Below are positions 14,105 through 26,919 of a DNA stretch of 64,000 nt, one piece after another. The stretch lies in assembly GCA_028826165.1 (NCBI GenBank), contig JAPDFW010000092.1, positions 930,001-994,000 on the forward strand, in the 5' to 3' direction. The notes under the pieces were generated by a model. It was not told the DNA's origin and searched no databases. It was given only the letters and a program-made list of their open reading frames with translations. Position 1 is the stretch's first letter; the number at the start of each line of letters is the position of its first letter. A program made the translations under genes and the position numbers. This DNA comes from Anaeramoeba ignava BMAN (Eukaryota > Protista > Anaeramoebae).

Positions 14105-17100
14105 CACTAAAACTTGTGCTAGAATTAGATTTCGAATGATCATTTTCATCACTTTCATTTTCTGTTTGAGAAAATTGTTGAATTTCAGGAATTGCAACCA
14201 AATCAGAAATCAAACGATTGTGAGATGTTGTTCTTATTGGACTAGAAGAAATCATTCCTTTAGAGTATTGATTTATATTCTCAGTATCGACTTGAATAAG
14301 TTGTTCGATTGTTTTGATTGTTTTACGAGTACTTCCATTGATTTTAGCTTTTATATCTTTATCTTTGCTTGGATCTGAATATCCCAAATGAACATCAACA
14401 ATTGATATGCTTTTCACAATCAATTCCAAAATCCTTGTTACTTTTTGCGGATATTCTAAAGATGTCGAATAAATCATTTCAGATAAAATAATTGAGCTTA
14501 TTTTGTCTTTTTTCATCTTTTCTGATGATAATTTCATGTAAGGAAGCAATGATTCAAATATTTCAAGAAACTCTAACTTGTAACTTTGTGATCGAACTGA
14601 TGCTTTTAAAAAGAAACTCATCACCATTTTCGAGTATTTTGGGAAGAAACTTTTGGAGAACTCCTTTGAAAATTTTTCAAGGAAACTTTTTTTTCCTTTG
14701 AATCTGTGATCTGAATATTTTCGGAAAATTTGTGAAAGTCTTGAAAAATCATAGCTTTGCATTAATTTTGCTAAATCTCTTGCAGTTTCGACTGTTTGAT
14801 TGTTTTCTTTATCGTGAACAAATCTGTAAAGCCAAGATATTAATCCAAGAATACTTGAAATGCATTTGTGTTCTTTTGTTTCAATAATTTGTTCGTATTG
14901 TATTGGTAAAATCAAGGATAAAATTTTAAAGATTACATTTTCATTTCCACCAATAGTTAAACCTTTAAGAACAAGGGGTTGAATTCCGTTGAAAGGAGGA
15001 TCCCTATGTATATATTTATATAAATATTAAATTGAATTTTGAATTGAATTGAATAAATATTGAATTGAATAAATATTAAATTGAATAAATATTAAATTGA
15101 ATAAATATTAAATTGAATTAATATTAAATTGAATAAATATTAAATTTAATAAATATTAAATTGAATAAATATTGAATTGAATAAATATTAAATTGAATAA
15201 ATATTAAATTGAATTAATATTAAATTGAATTAATATTAAATTGAATAAATAATGAATAAATATTGAATAAATATTAAATAAATATTAAATTGAATTAATA
15301 TTAAATTGAATAAATATTAAATTTTGAATAAATATTGAATAAATATTGAATAAATATTAAATTGAATAAATATTGAATTGAATAAATATTAAATATTGAA
15401 TTGAATAAATATTAAATTGAATAAATATTGAATTGAATTGAATTGAATAAATATTAAATATTGAATTGAATAAATATTGAATTGATTAAATTTTGAATTG
15501 AATAAATATTAAATTGAATAAATATTAAATTGAATTAATATTAAATTGAATTAATATTAAATTGAATTAATATTAAATTGAATAAATATTGAATATTGAA
15601 TAAATATTAAATTGAATAAATATTAAATTGAATTAATATTAAATTGAATTAATATTAAATTGAATAAATAATGAATAAATATTGAATAAATATTAAATAA
15701 ATATTAAATTGAATTAAATTGAATAAATATTAAATTTTGAATAAATATTGAATAAATATTGAATAAATATTAAATTGAATAAATATTGAATTGAATAAAT
15801 ATTAAATATTGAATTGAATAAATATTAAATTGAATAAATATTGAATTGAATAAATATTAAATTGAATAAATATTGAATTGAATAAATATTGAATTGAATA
15901 AATATTGAATTTTGAATTGAATAAATATTAAATTGGATAAATATTGAATTGATATTGAATAAATATTGAATAAATAATGAATAAATATTGAATAAATATT
16001 GAATAAATATTGAATTGAATAAATATTAAATTGAATAAATATTAAATATTGAATTAAATAAATATTAAATATTAAATAATAAATATTAAATTGAATAAAT
16101 AATGAGTTGAATAAATTTTGAATTAATTTTGAATAAATATTAAATTGAATAAATATTGAATAAATATTAAATTAAATAAATATTGAATAAATATTAAATA
16201 TTGAATTGAATAAATAATAAATATTGAATTGAATAAATATTAAATTGAATAAATATTAAATTGAATTGAATTTTGAATTGAATTGAATAAATATTAAATA
16301 ATAAATTTTGAATTGAATAAATATTAAATTGAATAGATATTAAATTGAATAAATATTAAATTGAATAAATTTTGAATTGAATTGAATAAATATTAAATTG
16401 AATAAATACCATTGAGATGGTATTGTCCTCCAAAGTGCACCTAGTACATCCGTTTCAACAAAATCAATCATCATTAATTTATCAACAAGATTTAAAGAAG
16501 AATTATAAAGAACTATATTATCAGTTTGAAGTAAAGAAATACTTGTCCAAAAAAAATTCGGATATTTTGCTAAGGATTCAAGTTTGGAACCAACAACTTC
16601 CAAAGTTTTAAGAATTTCAATCACAAACCAAAGTATTTTATCTTCTTGAATTGAACATTTAAGAATTAAAAAGAAACTTAATCAAATTATTCAAATGATT
16701 TCGTGAAATTGAAGTCACTAAATATCGATAAATTTGGTGTGATCTTGCACAAATATGAAGAATTGGTCTTGTAATTTTAGAATCCTTCACAATATTTGTT
16801 GACCAATTAAATGCTTCTAGAGACCATTCATACTGTAAATTTGGATATATTTCTTGGAAAAACTCAATAATTTGTCCAACATGAACTTTGAGCTCTTTTT
16901 CACTTTGAGTTTCTTTTAAATTTTCAACCGAAATATGTTCTCTTTTGAAAAGTGGTTTTCCTTCCATAATTGATAGTTGATCCACAAAATCTCTTGCTTC
17001 TGTTTTCTTTTCAGTGTTTGTATATCTTCTATTGTTGATAACACACACAACAAGCAAATTTATTAAAAGCAATTTGCAATGTTCATAAACAACTGGGATT

Positions 17101-20100
17101 TGATGATCTATTCTTGTCATTGCTAAATGAAGAAAAAGTGGTAATTTTTGCAGGAAAATTTGGCTTGATTCATGAACCAATTCACACATTAAAATACAAA
17201 GAATATCATTTTCAGTGAATGCTACTTTTTTGGGATTTTTAACTTCTTTTAAAATTGTTGAAATTGTAAGATATGTTTTTTGTTTTGCACTTTTTCTTTG
17301 AATTTCTTCAGATATACTATCAGATCTCTCTAGTAATTCCTTATTGAATACATATTTACTAAATTTTAATTTTTTAAATGAATTTTAATTTTTGTTTTAA
17401 TTTTAATTTTTTAAATGAATTTTAATTTTTGTTTTACGATAAATATGTTTTCATTGGTGATTCAATATTAGAAAAGTTTTCAAGACGAAGAAGAAAGGCT
17501 TCAATTAAAAGATCTCCAACACTTCTTTGTAAATAAATTGCAATTGCTTTTGAAGTTTCAATGAATTTAATATGAGACTAAATAATTGAATTGAATTGAA
17601 TTGAATTTTAAATATAAATATTATAAATATTATAAATATTATAAATACAGTAGTAACACAAAGTGAAATAATAAACTCAATCAAACTCTCAAGATTTCCC
17701 TTTTGAAATGCAATTGAACCCCAAAGTTTTTCTAAAATTTCAGAAAATGATTCTTGATCTTGTATTGTTAATTTAAATAATGATTCAATAACAAAAATAA
17801 ACTTTTGAAGTGATTGTTCATCTTCAGTTGAAAAAGTGATTTGTTTCAACCAAGGAAGTAAATATTGGAGCATATCTTGTTTAGCAGTCTTAATTTTGAA
17901 CAAAAAAAGAGAAGAAATTAAAAATCATTTTTGTTTGTTTGTTTGTTTTAATTTTGGGAATATTTTTTTTTTACTTGAATTTTTTGTGAAAATCTAATTT
18001 CATTTTTCATTTGAATATCAAATAAAGAATATCGATGATAAATTTCCTTAAAAACTTGCAAAGCAAGATCAGGTCTTTTTGATGCTAAAACTTCACTTAA
18101 ATTTTCCTGAATAAATAATATAAAAAATAATTTAAAAAATTATTAAAATTTTTTCTTTGATTCTTAAAATTTTTACTCTTAATTTGGAATAAGTTTCATA
18201 AACAGAACAGAAATAGTTATTCAAAATAATCAAAGAATCTTCTTCAGGAAGTAATTTTGGAGCAAAAACAGAAAATAAATCAGAAACATGCTTTCTAACA
18301 AGTTTATCAGGAGAACCAATCTTAAAAAGTATCAAATGAATAATAACAGGCAAAGAAACGCCGATATCTTCACGAGTAATAACATTAGACAGAGAAATTG
18401 TAAAGGCTGAAGAATAATTTTCATTATAAGAACAAAAAGCATGTTCAATATAAAGTGATTTTAAATATTGATAATTATTAACAAAAAAGTTTTGGATCGC
18501 TACTATTCCAATATCATAAATATAAGGTTTTTGTGATTTGAGCAATTCCAAAATCCAAGAAAATACATCACCATCAATTCTTAATGATTTCTCACTGAAA
18601 TATTCTCCAAGAAGCAAAGATGCCATTGCTTTCAATACAACAAATTGAACTGATTTCAAGTTCGTTTTCAAAATGATTTTTTCCTTCCTTTTGTGCTCAG
18701 GATCTTTGTAATTATCATTCAAATAAGTATCCATATTTGCTTCGAGTTCCTTTGTTAATTCTTTTGGACAAAATCCCGAATATAAAAAGAAGTATTTAAA
18801 TAAACTTTCTCTTTGCGTTTTTACAAGAAAACTTTTTTGATTTGAAAGTAATTGGACGTATTTATGAACAAGTAATGCAAAGTTATATCTAAGTGAATAT
18901 AGACTTGGATCTGCCATCATTGATGAACGTGAAACATATGAATAAACAATCCAGATATATTGATTGATTTGTTCCTTGAGTAAATGATTTTTTTGGAATG
19001 AATCGTTATTCAAAGAGTTTGTAAATAATCGAAGAACAACTAAAATCATTATTTGATTTTTTTTTGGAAAAATTATTTAAAAATAATTTAAATTTAATTT
19101 AATTAAATCATAAGAAAAAAAAATAATTTGATATTTTTACTTGAAATCTGAGTTACTAAAACTGATCGCTGATTATCTGTTCTTCCTTTATCTTTATCAG
19201 AAGTTACTTGTTTTATCATTGGTAAAAGTCCTTCAAGAAGAATATTTGCTGCTGCTTCATTTGTTTGAAACAAAGACTAAATATAATAAATATAATAAAT
19301 ATTTTGAATGAATATTTTGAATAAATATTTTAAATAAATATTTTAAATAAGTGAATTATTTTACAATAACAGCTCCAATAACTTGATCTTCAAGTTGACT
19401 ATTAAGGAAAAGAATTGTGGATTCAATGACTTTCTTTGTGATATTAGGATCAACTAATAAATTAAATAAAAATTTTGATTAATAAAAGAAAATAAAAATT
19501 TTGATTAATAAATTAAATAAAAATTTTGATTAATAAAAGAAAATATTCTCAATTAATTCAAACCAAGACGAGTTCCTGCTATTGATAATAAAAACATTGT
19601 GTATTTTTCCCATGTAAGAATTTTGTAGAAAAATTCTTTTGGAGGATGTGTTTTATGTTGTTTAGTAACAATTTCTAGATTCAATTGTGAAAATTTAACA
19701 TAAACCTTTTTAAAAAAAAAAAACAGAAGAATTTTATTTCAATTCAATTCAATTTAGTATATTTTCTTTTTTATTTTTAAAATAAATTATTATATAAATA
19801 CTTTTTGGAAAGCTCTTGATGAAATTTCAGGAGAAAGATCACTTAATATTTTTGCAAAATTACAAAAATAATAAATCCATTTTGAACCTTTTGGATCTTT
19901 ACTCACTAAAGCTTCTTCAATTGTTTGTGATTTTTCAATTGCTTGTGGATGAATTAACTAAAAAATTAAAATTCATTTCGAATTTAAAATTAAATTTAAA
20001 ATTCATTTCAAAATTAAAATTTAATACTAATTCAAGTGAAAGAATATTTGATTTTTCTAAACAAGTTGTATTAAGAATTTCATTCCAAGCTTCTTCAAGA

Positions 20101-23100
20101 AAATCAACAACAGATTGATTTTTAAGAAAAGAATCGGTATCTTGATCTTAAATAAATAAAATAAAATAAATTTTTTTTGTTTAAATGAATTTTGATTGAA
20201 TTAATTTTTAAATATTTTCTACTTGGATCTTCGTTATCTTTTTTTTCAGGAATCACAAGAACACTAATATCTCTAATAAATTTTAAAGCATGATACGCTT
20301 GGATACGTATTTGGGAATTAACACTACATAAATAAACCATAAGAACACTTTCCATTTTATCAAAATCATAAGAAACTTGATCTTCTTTTTCATTTTGTTT
20401 TTTTGTTTTTTTCTTTTTTAATTTTGGAATTTGTTTTTCTTCTTCTTTTTCTTTCTTAAATAAATCAATCCAAAAGTTGAATAATTCATTAAGTTTAGTC
20501 AAGCCTTGAAGAATAAGAGAAGGGAAATTATCTGGGATTTTAAAAATAATATGAAGAAATTCTCTGAGAGTACGATATCTAAATACTTTTATATTAACCA
20601 TAATTTTTTTCATTGAAAGGTAAGAAATTTCAGCTAAACCAGAATCTAAATGAAATAGATAAGAGCTTAACATAGATATAACTTTGTTTGGAAGAGGAAG
20701 AATATGAGGAATTAAACGAACACTTTGCTTTAAAATATCTATTCCTTTCATTTGTTCTTTTGAAGCAATTTCTTTAATTTTATAATTTAAATATTTTATA
20801 ATTTAAATATTTTATAATTTAAATAATTTTTATAATTTAAATATTTTATAATTTAAATATTTTTATAATTTAATTATTTTTATAATTTAAATATTTTTAT
20901 AATTTAAATATTTTTATAATTTAAATATTTTTATAATTTAAATATTTTTATAATTTAAATATTTTTATAATTTAAATTATTTTTATAATTTAAATATATT
21001 TTATAATTTAAATATTTTTATAATTTAAATATTTTATAATTTAAATATTTTTATAATTTAAATATTTTTATAATTTAAATAATTTTATAATTTAAATATT
21101 TTTATAATTTAAATAATTTTATAATTTAAATATTTTTATAATTTAAATATTTTATAATTTAATTAATTTTATAATTTAAATATTTTTATAATTTAAATAA
21201 TTTTTATAATTTAAATATTTTTATAATTTAAATATTTTATAATTTAAATAATTTTATAATTTAAATATTATAATTTAAATATTTTATAATTTAAATATTT
21301 TTATAATTTAAATATTTTTATAATTTAAATAATTTTTATAATTTAAATATTTTATAATTTAGATATTTTTATAATTTAAATATTTTTATAATTTAAATAT
21401 TTTTATAATTTAAATATTTTTATAATTTAAATATTTTTATAATTTAAATAATTTATAATTTAAATATTTTTATAATTTAAATATTTTTATAATTTAAATA
21501 TTTTTATAATTTAAATATTTTTATAATTTAAATATTTTATAATTTAAATATTTTATAATTTAAATATTTTTATAATTTAAATATTTTTATAATTTAAATA
21601 TTTTTATAATTTAAATATTTTTATAATTTAAATATTTTATAATTTAAATATTTTTATAATTTAAATATTTTTATAATTTAAATAATTTTATAATTTAAAT
21701 ATTTTATAATTTAAATATTTTTATAATTTAAATATTTTTATAATTTAAATATTTTTATAATTTAAATATTTTTATAATTTAAATATTTTATAATTTAAAT
21801 AATTTTATAATTTAAATAATTCTATAATTTAAATATTTTTATAATTTAAATATTTTATAATTTAAATATTTTATAATTTAAATATTTTTATAATTTAAAT
21901 ATTTTTATAATTTTTTAATTTAAATTACCAGAAACAGATTTCGTTTTTGAATAATGAGTCCAACCACCAACTTCATCATCAAGAACAGACATAAATCTCT
22001 CAAAAATAGGAGTTGCAGTTCTTAAATTCTCAGTAATAAAATCTTGATTTTGAGGATAAAAAATTTTAAGATCATCCTTTTCAAATTTGCGGACAATAGA
22101 AACAAATGCTCTTGCAGCAACAAAAATTCTATCATAAGAATCAGACTTCATCAGTTCAGAAAGAATATCTTGAACAAGAAATAAAGTATTCCAATCTCCA
22201 ATTACATTTGTCATTTCACAAATGGAATCACCTAAATTTTCTTGGAAAAGAAGATTGTCTTTTCTGCCAAAAGAAAAAACTTGAGAAACAATGATTTTTG
22301 TTTGAGAAAATGAACGGTCGCCTTTCAGTTTCAAAATCACTTTGAGAATTAAAGTCAAACATTCAACGGCATCCTTTTTGCCATTTTTGGATAGAAGAAG
22401 TTTGTAAAGCTGCTCAAGAAGAGTTTTGTGATTTTCATTGAAAAACTTGATGTTTGAACAGCTTAATGAAGAAGTCATGAATCTTAAAGAAGGAATTTGT
22501 TCATGTGATTTTTTGGATCGTGATTTAACTAAAATATAAAACTTGCTTATTGTATCATCCCAGTTATTGAAATCAAGCTCATTTTTGTTGTGATAAATAT
22601 CAATAACCTTAGCAAGCGCTGGTGAAAGTGATCGACATACTCTCTTTTTAAAATGTCCTTTTGTTTTGCTATAGAAACTCATGAATTTCTGAAGAAAATC
22701 CACAATAAGATCAATTTTGGGTTGTTTTTCAATATCAAATTCAATAAACTTGATAATTTCAAAAATAATATCAAGATTTTCTTTTTTGTCTTCAATAAAA
22801 GAAATAAATAAATTAAGCGCTCCTTGTGGAAAGCAACGTGACATAATTCCTAGTGTTTTTCCAAGTGTTTCTATTAGAAAATTAACATTTGAAGGTTCTG
22901 TTGTTGATGTAGGATGAGCAGTTTCAAAATTTGTTAGTATTTTTTTTAAACTTTCAACAACTAAATTTATAAATTGATTAAAAATTGCATTTTCTTCTTT
23001 TGGTTCACTTCTTTCTAAAATTGATAAACAAGCTAAAGAAAAGATTGTTTCTTTTAAAATCTTTTTTTGTTTTTTTTTTTTAATAAAAAAGAAAAAATTT

Positions 23101-23715
23101 TAAATTAATATGATCAAAATTGATCTAAAAAATTAAAATTAAAATCAAAAAAGAAAAATTAAAAATTAAAAATCAAACCATAATTTGTTGTTTTGTAGTT
23201 TCAATTTCTTTTAATTGGGTTTTTGTTGTTTTTCTTTTTAATCTAAAAAAGAAACAAAAAAATTAAATAAAAATTTAAATTAAAAAACTAAATTAAAAAC
23301 TTTTTTTTTTTTTACTTTTTTTCAGTTTTTTTTGAGTTTGTTTTTTGTGAATTTGTTTCAATTATATCTTGATTTTCTTTTTCAATGTTTGAAATTAATA
23401 TTTGAATCCTCCATTCCATAAGTGCTTTAATGACTGGAGAAATATAATTTTGAGAAACAGAACTTAAACCTTGAAGAGAATTTTGAAAAGGTTCATAAGT
23501 TTTTAAATCAGAAAATTCATTAAAAGGTAAATCAGACTAAATAAAAAAAATTAATCAAAATTAGCAAAAAGAAAAACAATTTTTAATTTATTTTTTTATT
23601 TTTTATTTTTATTTTTGATTAATACTTCAACAAATGAATGAATAATTTCTTTTGCAACTAAATCAAATTTTGAAAATAAAATTGTTAAAATTAATGAAGG
23701 AATTTCAGTTTCCAT
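9708..23715 (-). CDS. FRY: Furry/Tao3/Mor2 (MOR2-PAG1) scaffold with a very long low-complexity C-terminal region; about 16 GT-AG introns
   Basis: N-terminal ILFSKFDLVAKEII...ISPVIKALMEWR; YLLPWLKQI; KLWGSIA; LPLFLHLA...DHQIPVVYEHCKLLLINL; EWSLEAFNWS...HICARSHQIYRYL; FFWTSISLLQTD; WDPPFNGIQPLVLKGL. Donors and acceptors were traced in frame for the exons from 22844 downstream; last exon ends TAA at 9708. One +1 frameshift near 16665. Confidence 0.88.
10610..13360 (-). repeat. Coding repeat block in Furry: five ~48-aa units (EIPDDLKTPKSDKGEDNNFLFIQNVENKE core), 12-bp KEID/KEND arrays, HKHTHSHKH repeats and a (KS)n run
   Basis: Visible in ORF 9861-14915 and in the DNA. Confidence 0.9.
15004..16409 (-). 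repeat. Furry intron (1.4 kb) filled with an AATATTAAATTGAATA-type satellite
   Basis: GTATTT donor at 16409, TAG acceptor at 15004; splicing restores W-DPPFNGIQ. Confidence 0.9.
20772..21928 (-). repeat. Furry intron (1.16 kb) filled with a 16-17-mer (TTTTTATAATTTAAATA)n
   Basis: GTAATT donor at 21928, AAG acceptor at 20772; in-frame join SVS-E-IASKEQMKG. Confidence 0.9.
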
Positions 23716-24040
23716 TTATTTTAATTTTTTTATTTTTAATTTTTAGTTTTGCTTTTTGAATTTTGTTTATCCAAAAAAAAAAATGAAAAAGGAAAAAAAA
23801 AATGAAAAAGGAAAAAATGAAAAAATAAAAATAAAAAATAAAAAAAGATCAAAAAAGAAAGATAAAAAAAAATTGAGAATTTTGATCCGAATTTATTTCG
23901 AAATTGAAAATCAAAAATTGAATTGAAATTGAATTGAAAATCAAAAATTGAATTGAATTGAAAATCAAAAATTGAATTGAATTGAATTGAAAATCAAAAA
24001 TTAAAAGTTGAGAATTAAAATTGAATCGAGAATTGGAAAT

Positions 24041-26396
24041 TTAAGGATACCAATCAACATCAACGTTTGAATAACAAACACTTGATGAATCATAATATTG
24101 TTTCATTGCAGGTGAAGACCAACCTCCAAAAGAATAAGCCCATTGATCATTGAAATTTGGTTCCTTTAAAAATTTTAAATATAAAAATTAAATTTAAAAT
24201 TAAAAATTAAATTTAACTTAAAATTTAAATTTAACTTACTCCATCATAATGAGCATACCAAAGTGGTAAATTACTAAAAGCACTTGATGATCCAACTGTT
24301 GCACTCCATTCACCTTCTGAAGAATAAATTCCAACATTTACTCCAAGTTGTTGAGCTTTTTCAACAGCTTCTTTAATAAAAGCAACATTAGAAGAAGCAT
24401 CATTCCAACCTTATTTGTTTAGATTTTAATTTTGATTTAATTTGGATTTGATTTTAATTTTAAATTTAATTTTAATTTTAATTTTGATTTAATTTTAATT
24501 TTGATTTAATTTGGATTTAATTTTAATTTTAAATTTAATTTTAATTTTAATTTTGATTTAATTTTGATTTTGATTTAATTTGGATTTAATTTTAATTTAA
24601 TTTGGATTTAATTTAATTTAATTTAATTTAATTTTAATTTAATTTAATTTTAATTTAATTTAATTTTAATTTAATTTAAAGTTTAATTTTGATTTAATTT
24701 GGATTTAATTTTAATTTAATTTTGATTTAATTTTGATTTAATTTTGATTTAATTTGGATTTAATTTTGATTTAATTTTAATTTTGATTTAATTTTGATTT
24801 AATTTTGATTTAATTTTGATTTAATTTTGATTTAATTTGGATTTAATTTTGATTTAATTTTAATTTTGATTTAATTTTGATTTAATTTTGATTTAATTTT
24901 GATTTGATTTTAATTTAAATTGGATTTTGATTTTAATTTTGATTTAAATTTTCAATTCCAAAATTTAATTTCAACAATTTGCATTTAATTTTAATTTTGA
25001 GCAAATTTTAATTACAATTTGATTTAATTTTTAATTTAAATTTTGATTTAATTTTAATTTTAAGTTTAATTTTTATTTAATTTTTAATTTTAATTTGGAT
25101 TTAATTTGGATTTAATTTTGATTTAATTTGTCCAGAATTAATTTTGATTTGATTTAAACCAAAAATTTTGATTTAATTTTGGAGAAAAATGAAATTTGGA
25201 GTTTTAATTTTTTTAATTTTAATTTTAATTTGGATTTAATTTGGATTTAATTTTAATTTTAATTTTTAATTTTGATTTAATTTTGATTTAATTTTAATTT
25301 GGATTTAATTTTTGATTTGATTTTAATTTTAATTTGTAAATAAATTTGATTTTGATTTTTGATTTTATTTGGATTTAAATTTTTAATTTTAATTTGGATT
25401 TAATTTTAATTTGGATTTAATTTTTGATTTAATTTTAATTTAAATTTTTAATTTATTTGTAATTTTTAATTTTAAATTTTGGTTTAATTTTTAATTTTTA
25501 ATTTAATTTTTAATTTAATTTGGGTTGAATTTTTTGATTTTAATTTTGATTTAATTTTTGATTTAATTTTTTTAATTTTTAATTTAATTTTTAATTTTAT
25601 TTTTAAATTTAATTTTAATTTGATTTTGATTTTAATTTTTTGATTTTTATTTTGATTTAATTTTAATTCGAATTTAATTTTGGATTTAATTTTGGATTTA
25701 ATTTTAATTTAATTTTAATTTGGATTTAATTTTAATTTTAATTTTGATTTAATTTTGATTTAATTTTGGATTTGATTTTAATTTTAATTTAATTTTGATT
25801 TAATTTTAATTTTATTTTAATTTGGATTTAATTTGGATTTAATTTGGATTTAATTTTGATTTTAATTTTGATTTAAATTTTATTTTGATTTAATTTGGAT
25901 TTAATTTTATATTTACATCCAGAACATTGTTCAATATCAAACCATAACATTCCATAATTAACTCTATTTGCAGACAAATAACCAACAAGCTTTTCAACAG
26001 CACTACTTGGAGGATTATTTCCAGCACAATTAGGGCACATAAAAGCATAAACATCAACATGAGCAAAACCAGCAGACCAAGCATTTGCAACACAATCCTT
26101 TACATGTGATCCAATTCCATATCCTCCATCAAAAGCTTCAACAATTGCAAATGATTTTCCATTTTGAGCAAAACATCTAATTTAAATTTTTTTATTTAAT
26201 TTTTTATTTAAATTTTTTTATTTAATTTTTTAATTTAATTTTTATTTAATTTTTTTATTTAATTTTTTTGCTTTTTTTTTTACTTCCATTCACTAAGTGA
26301 AATTGAACCACAATCAGCTTGTGAAATATCAAGTCCAGAAGTTGAGAAAACTGTTTGTAAAATTAGTAAACCAAAAATTAAAAATAACAATTTCAT
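24041..26396 (-). CDS. Secreted GH25 lysozyme (protist/nematode Lys1-like type), 4 exons; mostly missed by the ORF track
   Basis: Spliced product MKLLFLIFGLLILQTVFS-TSGLDISQ...CVANAWSAGFAHVDVYAFMCP...YGMLWFDIEQCSGCWND...VGIYSSEGEW...LPLWYAHYDGEPNF...FGGWSSPAMKQY...VDVDWYP*. Signal peptide, DIS and DIE acidic motifs; three GT-AG introns in consistent phase. Confidence 0.93.
24410..25916 (-). repeat. Lysozyme intron 2 (1.5 kb) filled with (TTTAATTTTGA/TTTAATTTGGA)n
   Basis: GTAAAT donor at 25916, AAG acceptor at 24410. Confidence 0.88.
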
Positions 26397-26526
26397 TTAA
26401 AAAAGAGAAAAAGAAAAATGAAAAAAAAAAATTGAAAAAAGTTTTTTTCTTTCTTTTTAAATTTTTTAATTTCCAAAAAAGAAAAGTGGAACAAAAAATT
26501 GAAATCTTTTCTTGATCTTAATTTTA

Positions 26527-26915
26527 ATTTGTAAATGAATTTGTAAATAAATTTGTAAATGAATTTGTAAATGAATTTGTAAATGAATTTTTAAATGAAT
26601 TTGTAAATAAATTTGTAAATAAATTTGTAAATGAATTTGTAAATAAATTTGTAAATAAATTTGTAAATGAATTTGTAAATAAATTTGTAAATAAATTTGT
26701 AAATGAATTTGTAAATAAATTTGTAAATGAATTTTTAAATGAATTTGTAAATAAATTTGTAAATGAATTTGTAAATTAATTTGTAAATAAATTTGTAAAT
26801 AAATTTGTAAATAAATTTGTAAATTAATTTGTAAATAAATTTGTAAATAAATTTGTAAATAAATTTGTAAATTAATTTGTAAATGAATTTTTAAATGAAT
26901 TTGTAAATGAATTTT
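26527..26915. repeat. Intergenic 12-mer array (ATTTGTAAATRA)n
   Basis: About 32 copies directly after the stop of the 26920 gene. Confidence 0.95.
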
Positions 26916-26919
26916 GATT

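Noticed and set aside
10688-14378. Long hydrophobic or lysine-rich ORFs overlapping Furry, and similar ones at 30495-31073, 38250-38726, 50662-51291
   Set aside because: Alternative-frame and antisense shadows of in-frame codon repeats.
26527-26915. Telomere-like repeat
   Set aside because: Internal, G-poor 12-mer with no G-run; behaves like the other local satellites.
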